NCBI GenBank assembly: GCA_028534125.1
Contig: CM052816.1
Coordinates: forward strand, 36,644,001-36,708,000
DNA length: 64,000 nucleotides
DNA from: Lama glama
Lineage: Eukaryota
Direction: 5' to 3'
Of this stretch, positions 1-12,510 are shown in pieces; positions within the stretch are counted from its first letter, which is position 1, and each line of letters opens with the position of its first letter. The notes under the pieces are model-generated. The model did no database searches and was not told the origin of the DNA. It saw nothing but the letters and a program-made list of their open reading frames with translations. The position numbers were made by a program, and so were the translations under genes.

Positions 1-296
1 GTGTTCTGGATTTTGGCCTTTCTAATAAGTATTTAGTGGTATTTCATTGCTTTAATTTGCATTTTCCTGGTAATATATGACATGGAAGATTTTTTCATAT
101 GCTTATTTTCCATTTGTATATTTTCTTTGGTTATTAAAGTCTTTGTCCTATTTATCAATCAGGTTATTTTCTTACTGTTGAGTTTTAAGACTTCTTTGTA
201 TACTGCAGATAACAGTCCTTTATCAGATATGTATTTTGAAAATATTTTCTCCACGTTGTTGGCTGATCTTCTCATTCTCTTAACATTGTCTTTTGC
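1..296 (-). mobile_element. L1 (LINE-1) ORF2 3' region fragment, old L1M-type
   Basis: Typical antisense L1 text (ttaatttgcattttcctg, cagtcctttatcagatatgtattttgaaaatattttctcc); ORF 82..372 is only the antisense reading. Confidence 0.85.
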
Positions 297-1399
297 TTGT
301 TTGTCTTTTGATGCCTTTTATCAGTTTCACTATGCAATCATCACACATCACCACATCCTAGTTGAGGAATGAAGATCTCTTTTTTTGATGAACTAAATAA
401 ATAAGGTTAATATTTTGTTTCCAAATATTTCTCACAGACATTTAAGTCTGTCAACCATTATAACAATTTTGTCTGTGGCCTCCTTCTCTTGGACTCAGAT
501 AGGTATACATGAAGGCAGATGAGTTATTTACTCAAGTGCTTTCCTCATGTTGCACATGCTATTTTGTTTGCCAAACTCCTCTCTTTTCCTAGTTTATCTT
601 CATTATCTTTCACTCTCCCTGATCAACTCAATTATTATAAGTATATTATAGTGAACATCTTTGTTAAAAACTAAATTTCAACCATTCTAAATATTCCATG
701 CCCAGCTGAAGAGTAATGTCATTGTATACTGAATATTAGCTTTGAAAATTGAAATATACTTAAGCTTACTGAAAAAAATTTGAGGCGTCTCAAAGTTTCA
801 ACTTATACTAAAATATAATGTAAGGGTGACTTAATTAAAATTCTCATCTTAATTTTAAAATTTTAAATATTTGGCATTATCAAAAACCAAAACAAAGACA
901 TCAACAATAATTGTGTCCTAAGGATCACACGCATTTACTGACTTTTCCCAGTTTTTATAGGTCACACTCAAAACCCTAAGGAACTAGATGTTTCTAAACA
1001 CTCACTAATGAAGTAAAGGAGGAAAAGAGAAATCTACCGGTTTGTCAGTATTTCAGGATTATGAGACACAAAGATCCAAATGACTATGCACTATGTCAGA
1101 TTTTAATTACAAAATACCCCTCAAATACTTTAACTTGAATTTGCAGTAACTATTTCATACAAAATTAAAACATGTGAGCAAAATATAGATCTTATAGTAT
1201 AGGACAATAGAGTAGCTTTTTAAACAAAGGCATTGGGCCACCCATGACTCCAGGTCAGACTGTTAGAATTGTTACAACTCCAGCTATCATTTCAATACAT
1301 ACAATGTCTTAATGACTACCTGTACTATTAACTTTTCAGCTATATTTGCACATGCAGATTAAGTATTTTTCCATGGTACTGCATTAAAAGTAAACAATG

Positions 1400-2930
1400 T
1401 TAGTATATAATTATAAGTATTATTAGGAATGGTTTTGTGAGCCAACAAAAAATATTATTCAGAATTTCAATGAGTTTTCCTGATGGGTGTTTAAGAAATA
1501 TCTTCTTTTGGAACTAGTTTCTCTTTTTTTACTGCAGAGTTGCTATCAAAGTCTTGCTGAGTAGTACTACTAGATTTTTGCACCTAGACATCTCTCTTTT
1601 CCATCAAACTGTCTATTTCTAGGGACATGGAAATGTTCAGTGTGTCAATAGCAAAGAAACATTTCTAAAAATTTGATCCTGCGTTACTCTGAGAAAAATT
1701 CTTGCTTTCTGATTTTATCACACAAAACATTTTCATTCTTTTTATAAACTAATAAAATGAAGTGAAATTCAATCACTTAAACCAACTTTGCATTAACACA
1801 AATCATGGTCTTTGACCATGTATAACTCACAGTGGGAGGAAGGTCAAATCTCTTGTTAGGCAATAGTCTTGAACTCCAATAAGCACCTCATAAATTCTCA
1901 TCCAGCACTGTGTGGATTGTACTCAGAACACTGAAAATATTTACACTTAGGCTGGTAAATTCCCTCTTAAGTTATTTCCATTCATTCAATAGGTAATATT
2001 AAAGTCTTTTTCAAATTCTGAGAATCATTTGTTTTTCCTGAACAAGTCTTTATTTTTCTTGAGTATATTTTTTCCTATTCTTTCTTCTATGACTTCAACA
2101 TTTTTTAAGTAACTGAGCTGTTAAAATGATGGAACTTTTCACAAAAAAACTCCTAATGTGGAGACTATTCTAGATAAAAATCAAGTTCTATCTCCACTTC
2201 TGATCTTTTATTTTTTCCACTGAGATTTCTTTGCTGCAATTCACCTCTCAAATAACATACCTATCTATCTATCTATATTTCTGTATATCTTTATAGTTTT
2301 CAGTAAATCTTTCATCATTTTAGTTACAGACGTTTTCACACAGAACTATACATACATTTAATCATGAGAATTTTGTGACAGTACAGTTGCATCAGTCTTC
2401 ACTCCTTTGTGCACTTCTCTTGCATCTTTCATTTAATTTTTTCACACTAAGAACTTTTCAATAATCTTCCCACCACTTAATTCTGAATCTTTTCTTTTCT
2501 TCTCTTCTCTTTTTCTGGCTTCCAAGATTTATTGGAACAAATTTTAGTCCCCACTTCTGCAGCCAGTACCAAGGTTATAATTGATATTTATCATCTCCCT
2601 TTTTTTTTGTAAATTCATATTTTATTGAAGTATAGTCAGTTTACAATGCTGTGTCAATTTCTGGTGTACAGCACAATTCTCCAGTCATACATGAACAAAC
2701 ATTTATTTGTTTTCATATTCTTTTTCACCATAAGTTACTGTAAAATATTGAATATAGTTCCCTGGGCTATATAGCATGAACTTGTTGTTTATTTTTTATA
2801 TGTCAGTAAGTATCTGCAAATTTCTAACTCCCAATTTACTCCTTCCCTTCCCCCTGAATTTTTTCTTTCCAAGTTATGAATCAAATTCAGATGATCTTAT
2901 AAACTTAATTTCAACGTTAGACAATAAATT
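1400..2930 (-). pseudogene. Large 3' pseudo-exon (K/E/N-rich tail), boundaries approximate, interrupted by an L1 at 2483-2868
   Basis: Minus-strand purine-rich readings such as SEFDS*LGKKKFRI, MKDLLKTIKIYRNIDR, NVEVIEERIGKNILKKNKDLFRKNK*FSEFEKDF; no repeat similarity recognised. Confidence 0.5.
2483..2868 (-). mobile_element. 5'-truncated camelid/cetartiodactyl L1 3' end with probable 3' transduction and TSD
   Basis: 2621-2853 matches the reverse complement of the L1 3'UTR at ~8075-8310; 15-bp TSD ctgaat(c/t)ttttcttt at 2483-2497 and 2854-2868. Confidence 0.85.
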
Positions 2931-3233
2931 ATGTATAGTAGATTAGCAGGTATATTCTTAATCTGAATGTGACAATATTTAAACTCAGGACAGATATACG
3001 ACAAATCTCTAACACATAAAAACCTTCACTAAAAAAAAAATAAAGTCAGACTTTTAATCACTTTCATAACGGTGAAGAAGACATTTTGATCAGAAAGGTT
3101 TGTGAAAGATTAAATATGACCTCACTTCCCCTGGTATTGATCCATATTGTGTAAATATTTTAGAGTAACAGGTACTATGAGTAACACATACTGAACAAAT
3201 TCAGACTCAAGAGGATGAGCATCTTCATTCTAA

Positions 3234-3379
3234 TTATTAAATTTTTTAAAAAAAATTTTGGGGGGTAGATAATTAGGTTATTTATTTATTTATTTATCCT
3301 TTAATGGAGGTACTGGGGATTGAACCCATGACCTTGTTCATGCTAGGCATGCACTCTACCACTAAGCTATACCTTCCCC
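3234..3379 (-). mobile_element. tRNA-derived SINE, camelid Vic-1 type
   Basis: Minus strand has A box tagcttagtggtag, B box gggttcaatccc and a (taaa)n tail; 16-bp TSD agcatcttcattctaa (3218-3233) / agtaccttcattctaa (3381-3396). Confidence 0.9.
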
Positions 3380-4299
3380 TAGTACCTTCATTCTAAATGA
3401 ATATCTTGTGGTTACACATTGGGGTTGTAAGTAAATTTTTTATTATTTCTTCAGCCAGATGCCTATGAACTAGAATCATATAACTCTATAAGAATTTTTA
3501 AGGTAAAATTTTTCTCTAGTTAGAGTTGGCACTTAAAAAAAAATAAAAAAAAAAGTTTGTCTGCAAAAATAAACTTGCAGGCCAAACAGAGTTTTGTTAT
3601 AAAAGTGATGATGGTACAAGTGGGTAGATGAATAACCCATCCATCACCATGACACATAGGTAAGATCAGAGGTCATGCAATCCTGAAAGGTAAGGTTTTA
3701 CTTACATATGTTCAATGAGGTTCTCTCTTTCAACATAGTATCTACCAGTGGGTTTCAAGTAGCATAAGGGGAACAATGTTAATTTTTTAAACTAAATTTT
3801 CTTTATGCATAGTGGAACAGACATTATCAGTTTTAGGATTCCACTGATGGTTCCATATTTATTTCTAAATTAAATTATTGGAAAGATTTTCTTCTGAAAA
3901 AATAGTTCATAGATTTCAATCCTGAAATTGAAAAAAAAACTTTTAAGGTATTTTATATATAACTTGCTTTTCCTTTATAAAATATTCTCTAATGGTGTCT
4001 TGCTGTTTCATCAGATTGATATTTTCTTGCCAGTTGATTATTTTAGCTTTTAGTCACTTCTACCTGTATCAGTTCTGTTTGTCCCAGAAATCGATTTAAA
4101 ACTAGCATTATAACTCCTATTTAAGTAATTAAACTTAAAACTTTTTAAAAAATTCTCACCACAGCAGTTATCTAGTCAAACTGGTATTTTTTTCCTCTAA
4201 ATATTTAATATATTCTTCATCAAAGCTAATACTTTTTACTATTTGAAGCACATGTGAAATAGCAATTTCCAGCCTGCTCTAAATAGTTATATATTTAAA

Positions 4300-4612
4300 T
4301 CAGATGTTTCATACTAGTAGCAATGGTGGATTTTAAACTATAGAATGCTTTTATTCTGTCCTGCCCAGTGTTAAAGATATCATTTGTTTTTAATACTTAA
4401 AAATCTGGATGTTCAATACAGAATTGAGATTTTTTGATTCTTGTAAAAATTGAGGTATCTGCTATTTCTGGCTCAACTTTCATGCAGAATCCTCTCAAGC
4501 TGAGTGGCCGTTTCCCTGTCAGGAAATATGTATTGTACTTCCCCTACTCAAGGATGTTGCTTTCACTTGAGTTGTGGATTGACTCCCACTGGCATTTGAG
4601 TTTATAAACTTT
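4300..4612 (+). mobile_element. hAT-Charlie MITE remnant, MER102-like
   Basis: Motifs taaaaatctggat, aagctgagtggccg and ggcatttgagttt resemble the recalled MER102 consensus. Confidence 0.5.
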
Positions 4613-5524
4613 AATCTGAAACATATCTTGCCTCCACTGACTACCAGTCTAATCTCCAGCTGCTCTCTGACAATTTCCTGTCAACATCTTTAGCCTGACA
4701 ATCATTTCTGTTTTTGTCTTCCTAGCTCTTTTTATTTAAAAGGCTAACTTGGAATTTAGCATAAGCATGATATTGTTTAGCTAAATTGCCAATCTCCCAA
4801 GTGGAGTATAAATCCATTAAGCAGAAGAACCATATTTTTTATCAATCTATATGCCTTGCTTATTAATATCCTAATCACATAATGATTTTTACAAGAGAGT
4901 ATGCTCTTTCACCTATGGTTAAGTATCTAAGGAAATGCTTCTATCTTTTTCAAATAGAAATTCATTTAAAACTAATGTGTATTACACAGCTCTGGGCACT
5001 CTAGGTTTATATGTCTTTCTCCCCTACATGTTATGGCACTGTCTCAGAAAGCTCACAAGAAAACACTTGGTTTAATTTAGGCAATCATGTTCAAACCACA
5101 GTTTCAGTTTCAATCACTTGAGTTAAATATTCACAAGTAATTTGCAGGATGAGGATTCAGGGGAGAAAATGTAGAAAATTGCCACAGTTATCTTTTGTAA
5201 CAATAATTTTCCTCTGCCTCAGTCATGATACATATATACTATGGAAATACAACTACAAATTCAGAGGGCACATAATACTCCATAAAAACTGCAGTTTCAT
5301 TATGTAGTAAGTGGAATATGTAAGAGATACAACATCAGGAGTGAAAAAATTAAACCACGTAGACTGTAGAACTCAAAGCCCTTAATGAAAGTATAATTAG
5401 TGACTTTAGATTCTACAAATACAGTTTAGGTACTTTCTAAACCATAAAGAATAGATTATATGTAAGTAAATGAGTGTATTTGATGGACAGAATAAAATAC
5501 ACTTTAGGGTAATATTTTAGTTAC

Positions 5525-5682
5525 CTCAAAACTTCTTCAGAATGGTTATATACTTCTTAGTTAACTTGGATTTTTACACTCTCATATAAATAGATAGCTT
5601 TATATCTGTCTACCATTCTTTCTGTTATATACACAGGAGTTAAAACATCCTTAGGGAACCAACAGAAATAATTTTGAAGATT
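5525..5682 (-). pseudogene. Pseudo-exon with IQ-like region (158 nt)
   Basis: Boundaries tgtag|aat and gag|gtaact; reads NLQNYFCWFPKDVLTPVYITERMVDRYKAIYLYESVKIQVN*EVYNHSEEVL with one stop. Confidence 0.65.
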
Positions 5683-6282
5683 CTACAGTATTAGGATAAC
5701 AGAACCGAACTTATTAGGCTATTTATTTCCAATAAGACATGCCAGTATAACATTTCAACTTCAACTTGCATTGTGTATCTATGATACCAATTTAGTTTTA
5801 GAAAATAATGGAGATTTAATAAGTATTTCTTGAATTAAATAGTAATGATATTGTTCATTAATTATTTATGCAAACTACTGGTAAATATTTGAGTTGTTAA
5901 AATACTGGATTGGTAACATCAAAAACTTAAAAAAATTTTTTTTCTATCATTCCTCTAGCAATATGATATTACAGAAAAAGTTATTTTAATTTTTTACTTA
6001 TTTTGCTGAAGTGGATTGTCTCTTACAATCTCAGAAAAGTCAAACTTTAAAATAAACTATGATAAATTTTCAAACAGCAGACAATTTTCAAATAAAAGAA
6101 AAACCACCATGAACCAGAAAAGAAGAGAGAAATTCAAGTGAGAGAACCCACTTGTTCTTTGTAGCAAATCACTTGGGATAATTCTCCCCAAACTTGACCC
6201 AACAAATAAATGCTTCCTTTTGGGAAAGAAGAATATAGCCTTTGCTATAGAAAGAAAAACTGCTGAAACTTTAAGTGATGGG

Positions 6283-8869
6283 TGACAGAGACTCTTCTAG
6301 ACCAAACTCTAGTCAGGCTCCTCGCCCTCTTCTTGACGAGGACTCAGTCTTTCCTTATTAAAAACTATTTTATGAACAAGATTAACATACGGAAATCAGC
6401 TGTCTTTCTTTACACTAACAATGAAACACCACAAAAAGAAAGTAAAGAAACAATCCCTTTTAAAATTGCATCCCCAAAAATACAACACTTAGGAATAAAT
6501 AAATAGGTGAAAGACTTATACATGTAAAACTATAAAACATTGATTAAGGAAATCAAAGATGACTTAAAGAAATGGAAGGACATCCCATGCTCTTGGATTG
6601 GAAGAATTAATATTGTTAAAACGGCCATACTGTCCAAGGCAGTCTATAGATTTAATGTGATCCCTATGAAATTATCCAGGATATTTCTCACAGAACTAGA
6701 ACAAATAACCCTAAAATTTATATGGAAACACAAAAGACCCAGAATTGCCAAAGCAATACTGAAGAAAAAGAATGAAGCTTGAGGAATAACCCTCCCAGAC
6801 TTCAGACAATATTATAGAACTATAGTAATCAAAACAGTGGAATTGGCATAAAAACAGACATACGGATCAATAGAACAGAATAGAGAGCCCAGAAATAACC
6901 CACAGACCTACAGTCAATTAATCTTCAACAAAGGAGGCAAGAATATACAATGGAGAAAAGACAGTCTCCTCAGCAAGTAGAATTGGGAAAACTGGCCAGC
7001 CACATGTAAATTAATGAAGTTAGAATACCCTCACACACCATACACAAAAATAAACTCAAAATGGCTTAAAGACTTAAACATAAAACAAGACATAATAAAC
7101 ATCCTAGAAGAAAACATAGGCAAAATATGCTCTGACAAAAATCTTAGCAATGTTCTCCTAGGGCAATCTACCCAGGCAATAGAAATAAAAGCAGAAATAA
7201 ACAAATGGGACCTAATTAAACATATAAGCTTTTACACAGCAAAGGAAACCATAAGTCAAACAAAATGCAACCTACGGAATGGGAAAAAATATTTGCAAAT
7301 GTTGTAACTGACAGAGTTTTAATTTCCAGAATATATAAACAGCTTATATAACTTAATAACAACAACAACAAACAACCCAATCCAAAAATGAACAGAAACC
7401 TTAAACAAGCAATTCTCCAGTGAAGACATACAACAGGCCAATAGGCACAAGAAAAAAGGCTCAATATTGGTAATTATCAGACAAATGCAAATCAAAACTA
7501 CAATGAGGTATCATCTCACACCAGACAGAATGGCCATCATTCAAAAATCCACAAATGATAAATACTGGAGACGGTGTGGAGAAAAGGGAACCCTCCTACA
7601 CTGCTGGTGGGAATGTAGTTTGGTGTAGCCATTATGGAAAACAGTTCAGAGATTCCTCAAAAAAACTAAAAACAGACTTGCCATATGATTCAGCAATCCC
7701 ACTCCTGGGCATTTATCCAAAGGAAACTCTAATTCAATGCAATCTGCACCCCATAGCAGCACTACTTATAATAGCCAAGACATGGAAGAAATCTAAGTAT
7801 GCATCAAAAGATTACTGGATAAAGAAGTTGTTGTATATTCATACAATGGAGTATTACTCAGCCATAAAAAAGAATGAAGTAATGCAGCAACATGGATGGA
7901 CCTGGAGGTCATCATTCTAAGTGAAGTAAGCCAGAAAGGAGAGAAAAATACCATATGATATCATTCATATGTGGAATCTAAAAAAGAAAAAGAAAAAAGA
8001 GGACACTAATGAACTCATCTACAAAGCAGAAATAGACTCACAGACATAGTAAACAATCTTATAGTAACTGGGGAAGAGTACGGAAAGGGATAAATTTGGG
8101 AGTTTGAGATCTGCAAAGGTTAACCACTATATATAAAAATAGATTAAAAAAAGAAATTTCTTCTGTATAGCACAGGAACTATATTCAATATCATATAATA
8201 ACCTTTAATGAAAAAGAATATGAAAATCAATATATGTATATACATGCATGACTGGGACATTATGCTGTACACCAGAAATTGACACATTGTAACTGACTAT
8301 ACTTCAATTAAAAAAACAAAACAAAACTTGTATCAAATCAGCACTTATAATTTTATGGATACCATCACCACACCCTCTTCATACACATACACATATACAT
8401 AATAAACTTGAAAAAGACTAACATAGTTGCATTGTTTCTAACAGCTCAAGATCACATCCCTAGGATGACCCTAGTTCCCTTTAAAACACCTGCCTGAGAA
8501 AGCTTAGTGCTGCCAAAAGAATTTACTGTTTGCTTTAGCCAACACTTGAACACTGGGCTTCTGTCTCCCAGTCCGTGGGACGGTAGAAGCCTAAGGTCTA
8601 GAAGCATCAGTTAGCACACCCAGGTGGTCTAGACACATTGACCAGCACCCACCACTTCCTGCTTTTTATGAATTTCCTCTTCTCTGACTCTGCTCAAGCA
8701 CCTGCAGTTTTCCCTCCTTTTTCTCCCACTTTACCTTTAAAAAGTTGTTCCTTCTGCAAAGATGAAGGGTGAATTCAATTTATGGGGGATCATCTTACCA
8801 ACTGCAATAATTACAACTGAATAAAATGTATCTCACTACTTTAGTGTCTAGCTTAGTTTCTCTTCGACA
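6283..8869 (+). mobile_element. ERV1 solo LTR (MER31/MER67/MER90/MER110-like), split by an L1 insertion
   Basis: Starts tgacagagactc..gaccaaactctagtcaggctcctc, resumes at ~8400, has aataaa at 8820 and ends ttcgaca; 4-bp flanks tggg/tggt. Confidence 0.75.
6367..8327 (+). mobile_element. 5'-truncated L1 (ORF2 C-terminal half + 3'UTR + A-rich tail), relatively young camelid/cetartiodactyl type
   Basis: ORFs 6540..6782 ([17 protein letters not shown]), 7014..7307 and 7555..7920 are L1 ORF2p fragments; tail at 8310-8327; short TSD aaaact at a TT/AAAA site. Confidence 0.97.
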
Positions 8870-9309
8870 TGGTCCATGTAAGAAATGAAGATTAGAGGCA
8901 CAGTGTTCACCACTCAGAAAAAGTTAAGGAGATGCCTACCCTTGACTAAGTGCTTGAGCAGGAAAAAATAAACTGTAAGAAATTACTACCCCAAAGTTCA
9001 TAAATCATGTTTTTTTTTCATTACTTAGAATTTCGAACTAGAGAGAAATAACTCTGTACGAGATGAGTGCAAGATAAAAATACTGCATAAAAAAAAAAGG
9101 AAAAAACCTGAATAAGAATGAAAATAATTAAGGACCCACTGAATGAGAAAAATTAAAACAATATGAAAAAGACCACAAAATAAGTATATTTGAAAATTAA
9201 AGTTAAATTGAAAGATAAAGAAGTATAGGACTATATGCAAAAGAAGAGATAATTTTGGGACAAAAGCAAAATAATGTTCCTAAACTTGAAAACACAGTGA
9301 CTACACCAT

Positions 9310-9778
9310 GACAGTGTTCGTTTTGTCAGCGCTATTTCCCCATTTTTCCTTCAAATGGAAATCCTATCTTACTTTTCCTGATATTTACTATTCTTCAACC
9401 TAATTAAGTGCCTCAAAGGATGCTGATTCAAGCCCAACTTTCAAGGATAGGTCTGGTTGGGTACAAGGAAAAATCCCACTGCATAGCTAATAATTTAGTT
9501 TTAGAATGGGAATATACCACAATTTGGCTAAAGTAGATATGATAAAAAATAATTTCATGTTATACATTATGAATAATTTTATATAGGCAATCAGTAGTAT
9601 TATAAAGGTGTATAGTAATGGCAAAACAAAGAAATAAAATGGAATTTTATATTGAAGATATGAACTGAATTGCATAATAAACCTATCCTTGGGGCTATAC
9701 TATCTCTAGACTTTATTGTGCAAAGTATTTTATTCTGGTTTTCTGTTATCCGCAAGCTACATTGCCTTAACTAATGCA
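9310..9778 (+). mobile_element. MaLR LTR remnant (old MLT1)
   Basis: 3' end ggttttctgttatccgcaagc..cttaactaatgca resembles the MLT1 terminus. Confidence 0.55.
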
Positions 9779-10519
9779 CACTGAAATACAAATCTCAGTG
9801 GATAGATAAATAAAAGTAAGTTACATAAACCTAGAGAGAGCATAAAGATAATGAGAAAAACATAAAGGGATTATCATCACAAGTTAAAATATAGGCACTG
9901 GGGATTTAAAAATTTTAAAGCTTTTAACAAGAGACAAAACACTAATATGTGAAATATGTGTGTGCATTATATATATAATACTATATATATTATCTTTACA
10001 TACTATCCCCTTCCTATATTTCTATTTTTATAATTTCTCAAATACAATGTACATGAATATATATGTTCATGGATATATATATATACATGACTATAAACAT
10101 GTATATACACATGTACATGCATGCGTCCATAACTATGCCACAGAGTAGAAATGCCAAACACATTAACAATAAAAATAAGAAAAAAACTGAGAAAGACACA
10201 AAATAAAGTGGCAAATTTTCACTTGTGAGTGTGTTATCAATTAATTCCTTTTTTGCAAAATGTTATCAAAATTCAAAGGTAGAACTATACCTTCCTTTTT
10301 TTCAATTAATTTATGCTTCTCTAACCAATGCCTGACAATACAACCATAAGCATGCCACTTATTTTTTCATTTAAAATGAAACAGATTTTGTTTGAGAACA
10401 GAATATATTCCAACTGACTAGAAATCTATTTCATTTATTTAAACTGCTATATATTATTCTATTGTATTAATTTCTCCATACCCATTATTGGTGATTTAAA
10501 TCTGTATTTTCAAACATAG

Positions 10520-10850
10520 ATACACATGTAAAAACTTAATGTTAAGTGAGGAGCATTGCATAAGTTCAGTATGAAAAAATTTATACAAAATAAATTATTT
10601 TTATATAATGTTTTTAGCTATAGGTATATATCTGATATTAAAACGTAAGTGGTGATATGACACATTAAATTCATAAATATAATTACTCTAAGGGTTAATC
10701 AAGAAAATGGAACTCAGAATATAAATGTACACACAAAAAATGAAAATATAATATTTACATATTCTGGGTTATGGATATATAGGTATTCACATCATTTTCT
10801 GTTCTTTTCTTCATCATAAAAATTGCCAAAACAAAAATAAATAAACAAAA
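10520..10850 (+). mobile_element. Ancient L1ME-type 3' fragment
   Basis: cttaatgttaagtga and ctgggttatggatatataggtattcac motifs followed by an A-rich end. Confidence 0.5.
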
Positions 10851-11072
10851 ATTACATTTCTGTTATACTGTAAAAATAAATTCTGAGGCCTTAATTGGCA
10901 CCCTTGTATACTAGCTAGCAAGGCTGCACGGTCCACAGCGTACAAATAACTAGATGTGGAGAGAGGTTAGGTAGATAAGTAGTGCGACATTCTGGATCTG
11001 TGACTCCTTATTAATAAAAGCAAGACAATAACAAGGCTTGCCTTGTATAGTTGTTTTGAAATTTAAATGAGA

Positions 11073-11135
11073 CTCTCTCTCTATATCTATCTATCTATCT
11101 AGATATATAGACTCTCTCTCTCTATATATATATAA
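11073..11135. repeat. Compound (CT)n/(TATC)n/(TA)n microsatellite
   Basis: Directly visible. Confidence 0.9.
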
Positions 11136-11494
11136 ATATAAAGTTTCTGAAATATAGAAGAAAATGTACAAATGTTGATTCTTCTCTCATCAATAAGTAT
11201 CCAGTTTCTTTTATAATGCATTCCAGAGAATAGAAATGGTTTCAGTGCCTTTATCCTTAATCAATTATTCTAAATCAATTATTCTAAATGTATTCTATGA
11301 TATTCTGATATTCTGGGCAAGCACTAGAACACTTTAGAACTTCCAAAAATTCGGACGAACCAGAATTCAATGGCAACACTATTTCAAATATTTACTATAT
11401 TTTATATTACAGCATGTTTTAGGTATAGTAATTTTTTTCATTTTGTTAATGTTTGAATACCACAGCTCCAGAATATTCATTCTAGAAATTTTAC

Positions 11495-11571
11495 CTTTAT
11501 TTAAATTATCTTTACATTGTTCATATTTCTGTTTGTACTATAAGTTGTATACCTCCTCTTAAAACTAGTAA
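11495..11571 (-). pseudogene. Pseudo-exon (77 nt, phase 1 to 0)
   Basis: Boundaries gtttttag|tt and aag|gtaaaa; reads TSFKRRYTTYSTNRNMNNVKII*IK. Confidence 0.65.
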
Positions 11572-11709
11572 CTAAAAACATATAAACAAAGTTTTTAAAA
11601 ATGGGTAGGTTTATTACGGCAACTTTTTGTCTCTAAAATGTTGAAGTTAGTGCACTACTGAATGCCAATAATATTTACTAAGGTAAATTGGCTTTGAAAA
11701 TACCTTTAC

Positions 11710-11818
11710 CTTTGAGAATTTGGCCTTTTTCAGTCTGGATTATTTGACTGATATTTAATAATATGTTGCCATAGTGGGAGATAAGAGGTAGAGATCATGT
11801 AAGATGTGGGATACAATA
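11710..11818 (-). pseudogene. Pseudo-exon (109 nt, phase 0 to 1), second half of LRR cap
   Basis: Boundaries attcag|tat and aaag|gtaaag; reads YCIPHLT*SLPLISHYGNILLNISQIIQTEKGQILK. Confidence 0.65.
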
Positions 11819-12028
11819 CTGAATATTAAGGTACTTTCATTCTTATAGATCAACTTTTATTTACAGTTTCATGTATAACTGTCACATCATACAACTTTCA
11901 AAAGATGTAATATTTTGACAAGGCAGGAAATTGCACACCAAAATATATTTTACCTACATAAACACATAAATACACACACTCTCTCTCTTTTGAACTTGAA
12001 AATTGATCAGTTACAGAAGGATACTTAT

Positions 12029-12069
12029 TTTTCAAATATCTCTATTAGATGCCGTCTAACGAAAAGGAC
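12029..12069 (-). pseudogene. Pseudo-exon (41 nt, phase 1 to 0); donor apparently mutated GT to AT
   Basis: Boundaries tatttaag|gt and aaa|ataagt; reads (C)PFR*TASNRDI*K. Confidence 0.6.
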
Positions 12070-12143
12070 CTTAAATATAAAATACACATTGCATATGGGA
12101 AATTTACCATTGTAAATCCACTTTCCAATGTTGTAACACTCAC

Positions 12144-12192
12144 AGTAGCCTATATCCCATGGCTTTCTAATAATTGTAATCTGCTTTGCCCC
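12144..12192 (-). pseudogene. Pseudo-exon (49 nt, phase 0 to 1)
   Basis: Boundaries ctctaacacag|ggg and tact|gtgagt; open reading GAKQITIIRKPWDIGY. Confidence 0.7.
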
Positions 12193-12388
12193 CTGTGTTA
12201 GAGATATAATTATGTTAACAGCTTTCCTACACAGGCACCATACATTGCTATTATGAAGCTAATTTCACTTAATTAGCATCATGTAGTAAATTAGCAGTTA
12301 TAAGGACTGCTGGGTACAAGGGGATCTCCATTTTCTCACCATTTACTTAATCCTCAGTCAATGTTAAGATTACTTCTCACTGAATTAC

Positions 12389-12510
12389 CATAGTAAAATC
12401 ACCATCACCCTCTTCAGATGTTGTATTTCAGCATTTGTATGGATTTGAAACAAACAGTTTTCTCCGGATGCCCAGAAGTTAGGATTATTGAAATCCTGTC
12501 CTGCTCCTTC
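12389..12510 (-). pseudogene. Pseudo-exon (LRR); acceptor uncertain or mutated
   Basis: Donor atg|gtaatt; open reading EGAGQDFNNPNFWASGENCLFQIHTNAEIQHLKRVMVILL resembles recalled LRRIQ3 LPNTKFWNGLKNL..LHDN..KLKNICVL. Confidence 0.65.

Noticed and set aside
530..620. Possible final exon of the fossil gene (RVKDNEDKLGKERSLANKIACAT*)
   Set aside because: Weak acceptor and no convincing similarity, so it was left out of the model.
3309..3379. tRNA-like sequence with A and B boxes
   Set aside because: It is the head of a SINE with a tail and TSD, not a tRNA gene.
6282..7920. Cluster of 70-120 aa ORFs (also at 15434-18194 and 37403-38662)
   Set aside because: All are broken L1 ORF2 fragments or their antisense readings, not host genes.
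12029..12192. Alternative frame LLESHGI*ATVLFV resembling a polysaccharide-deacetylase motif
   Set aside because: No other family motifs are present; the other frame fits the LRR cap and keeps phase with the downstream exons.
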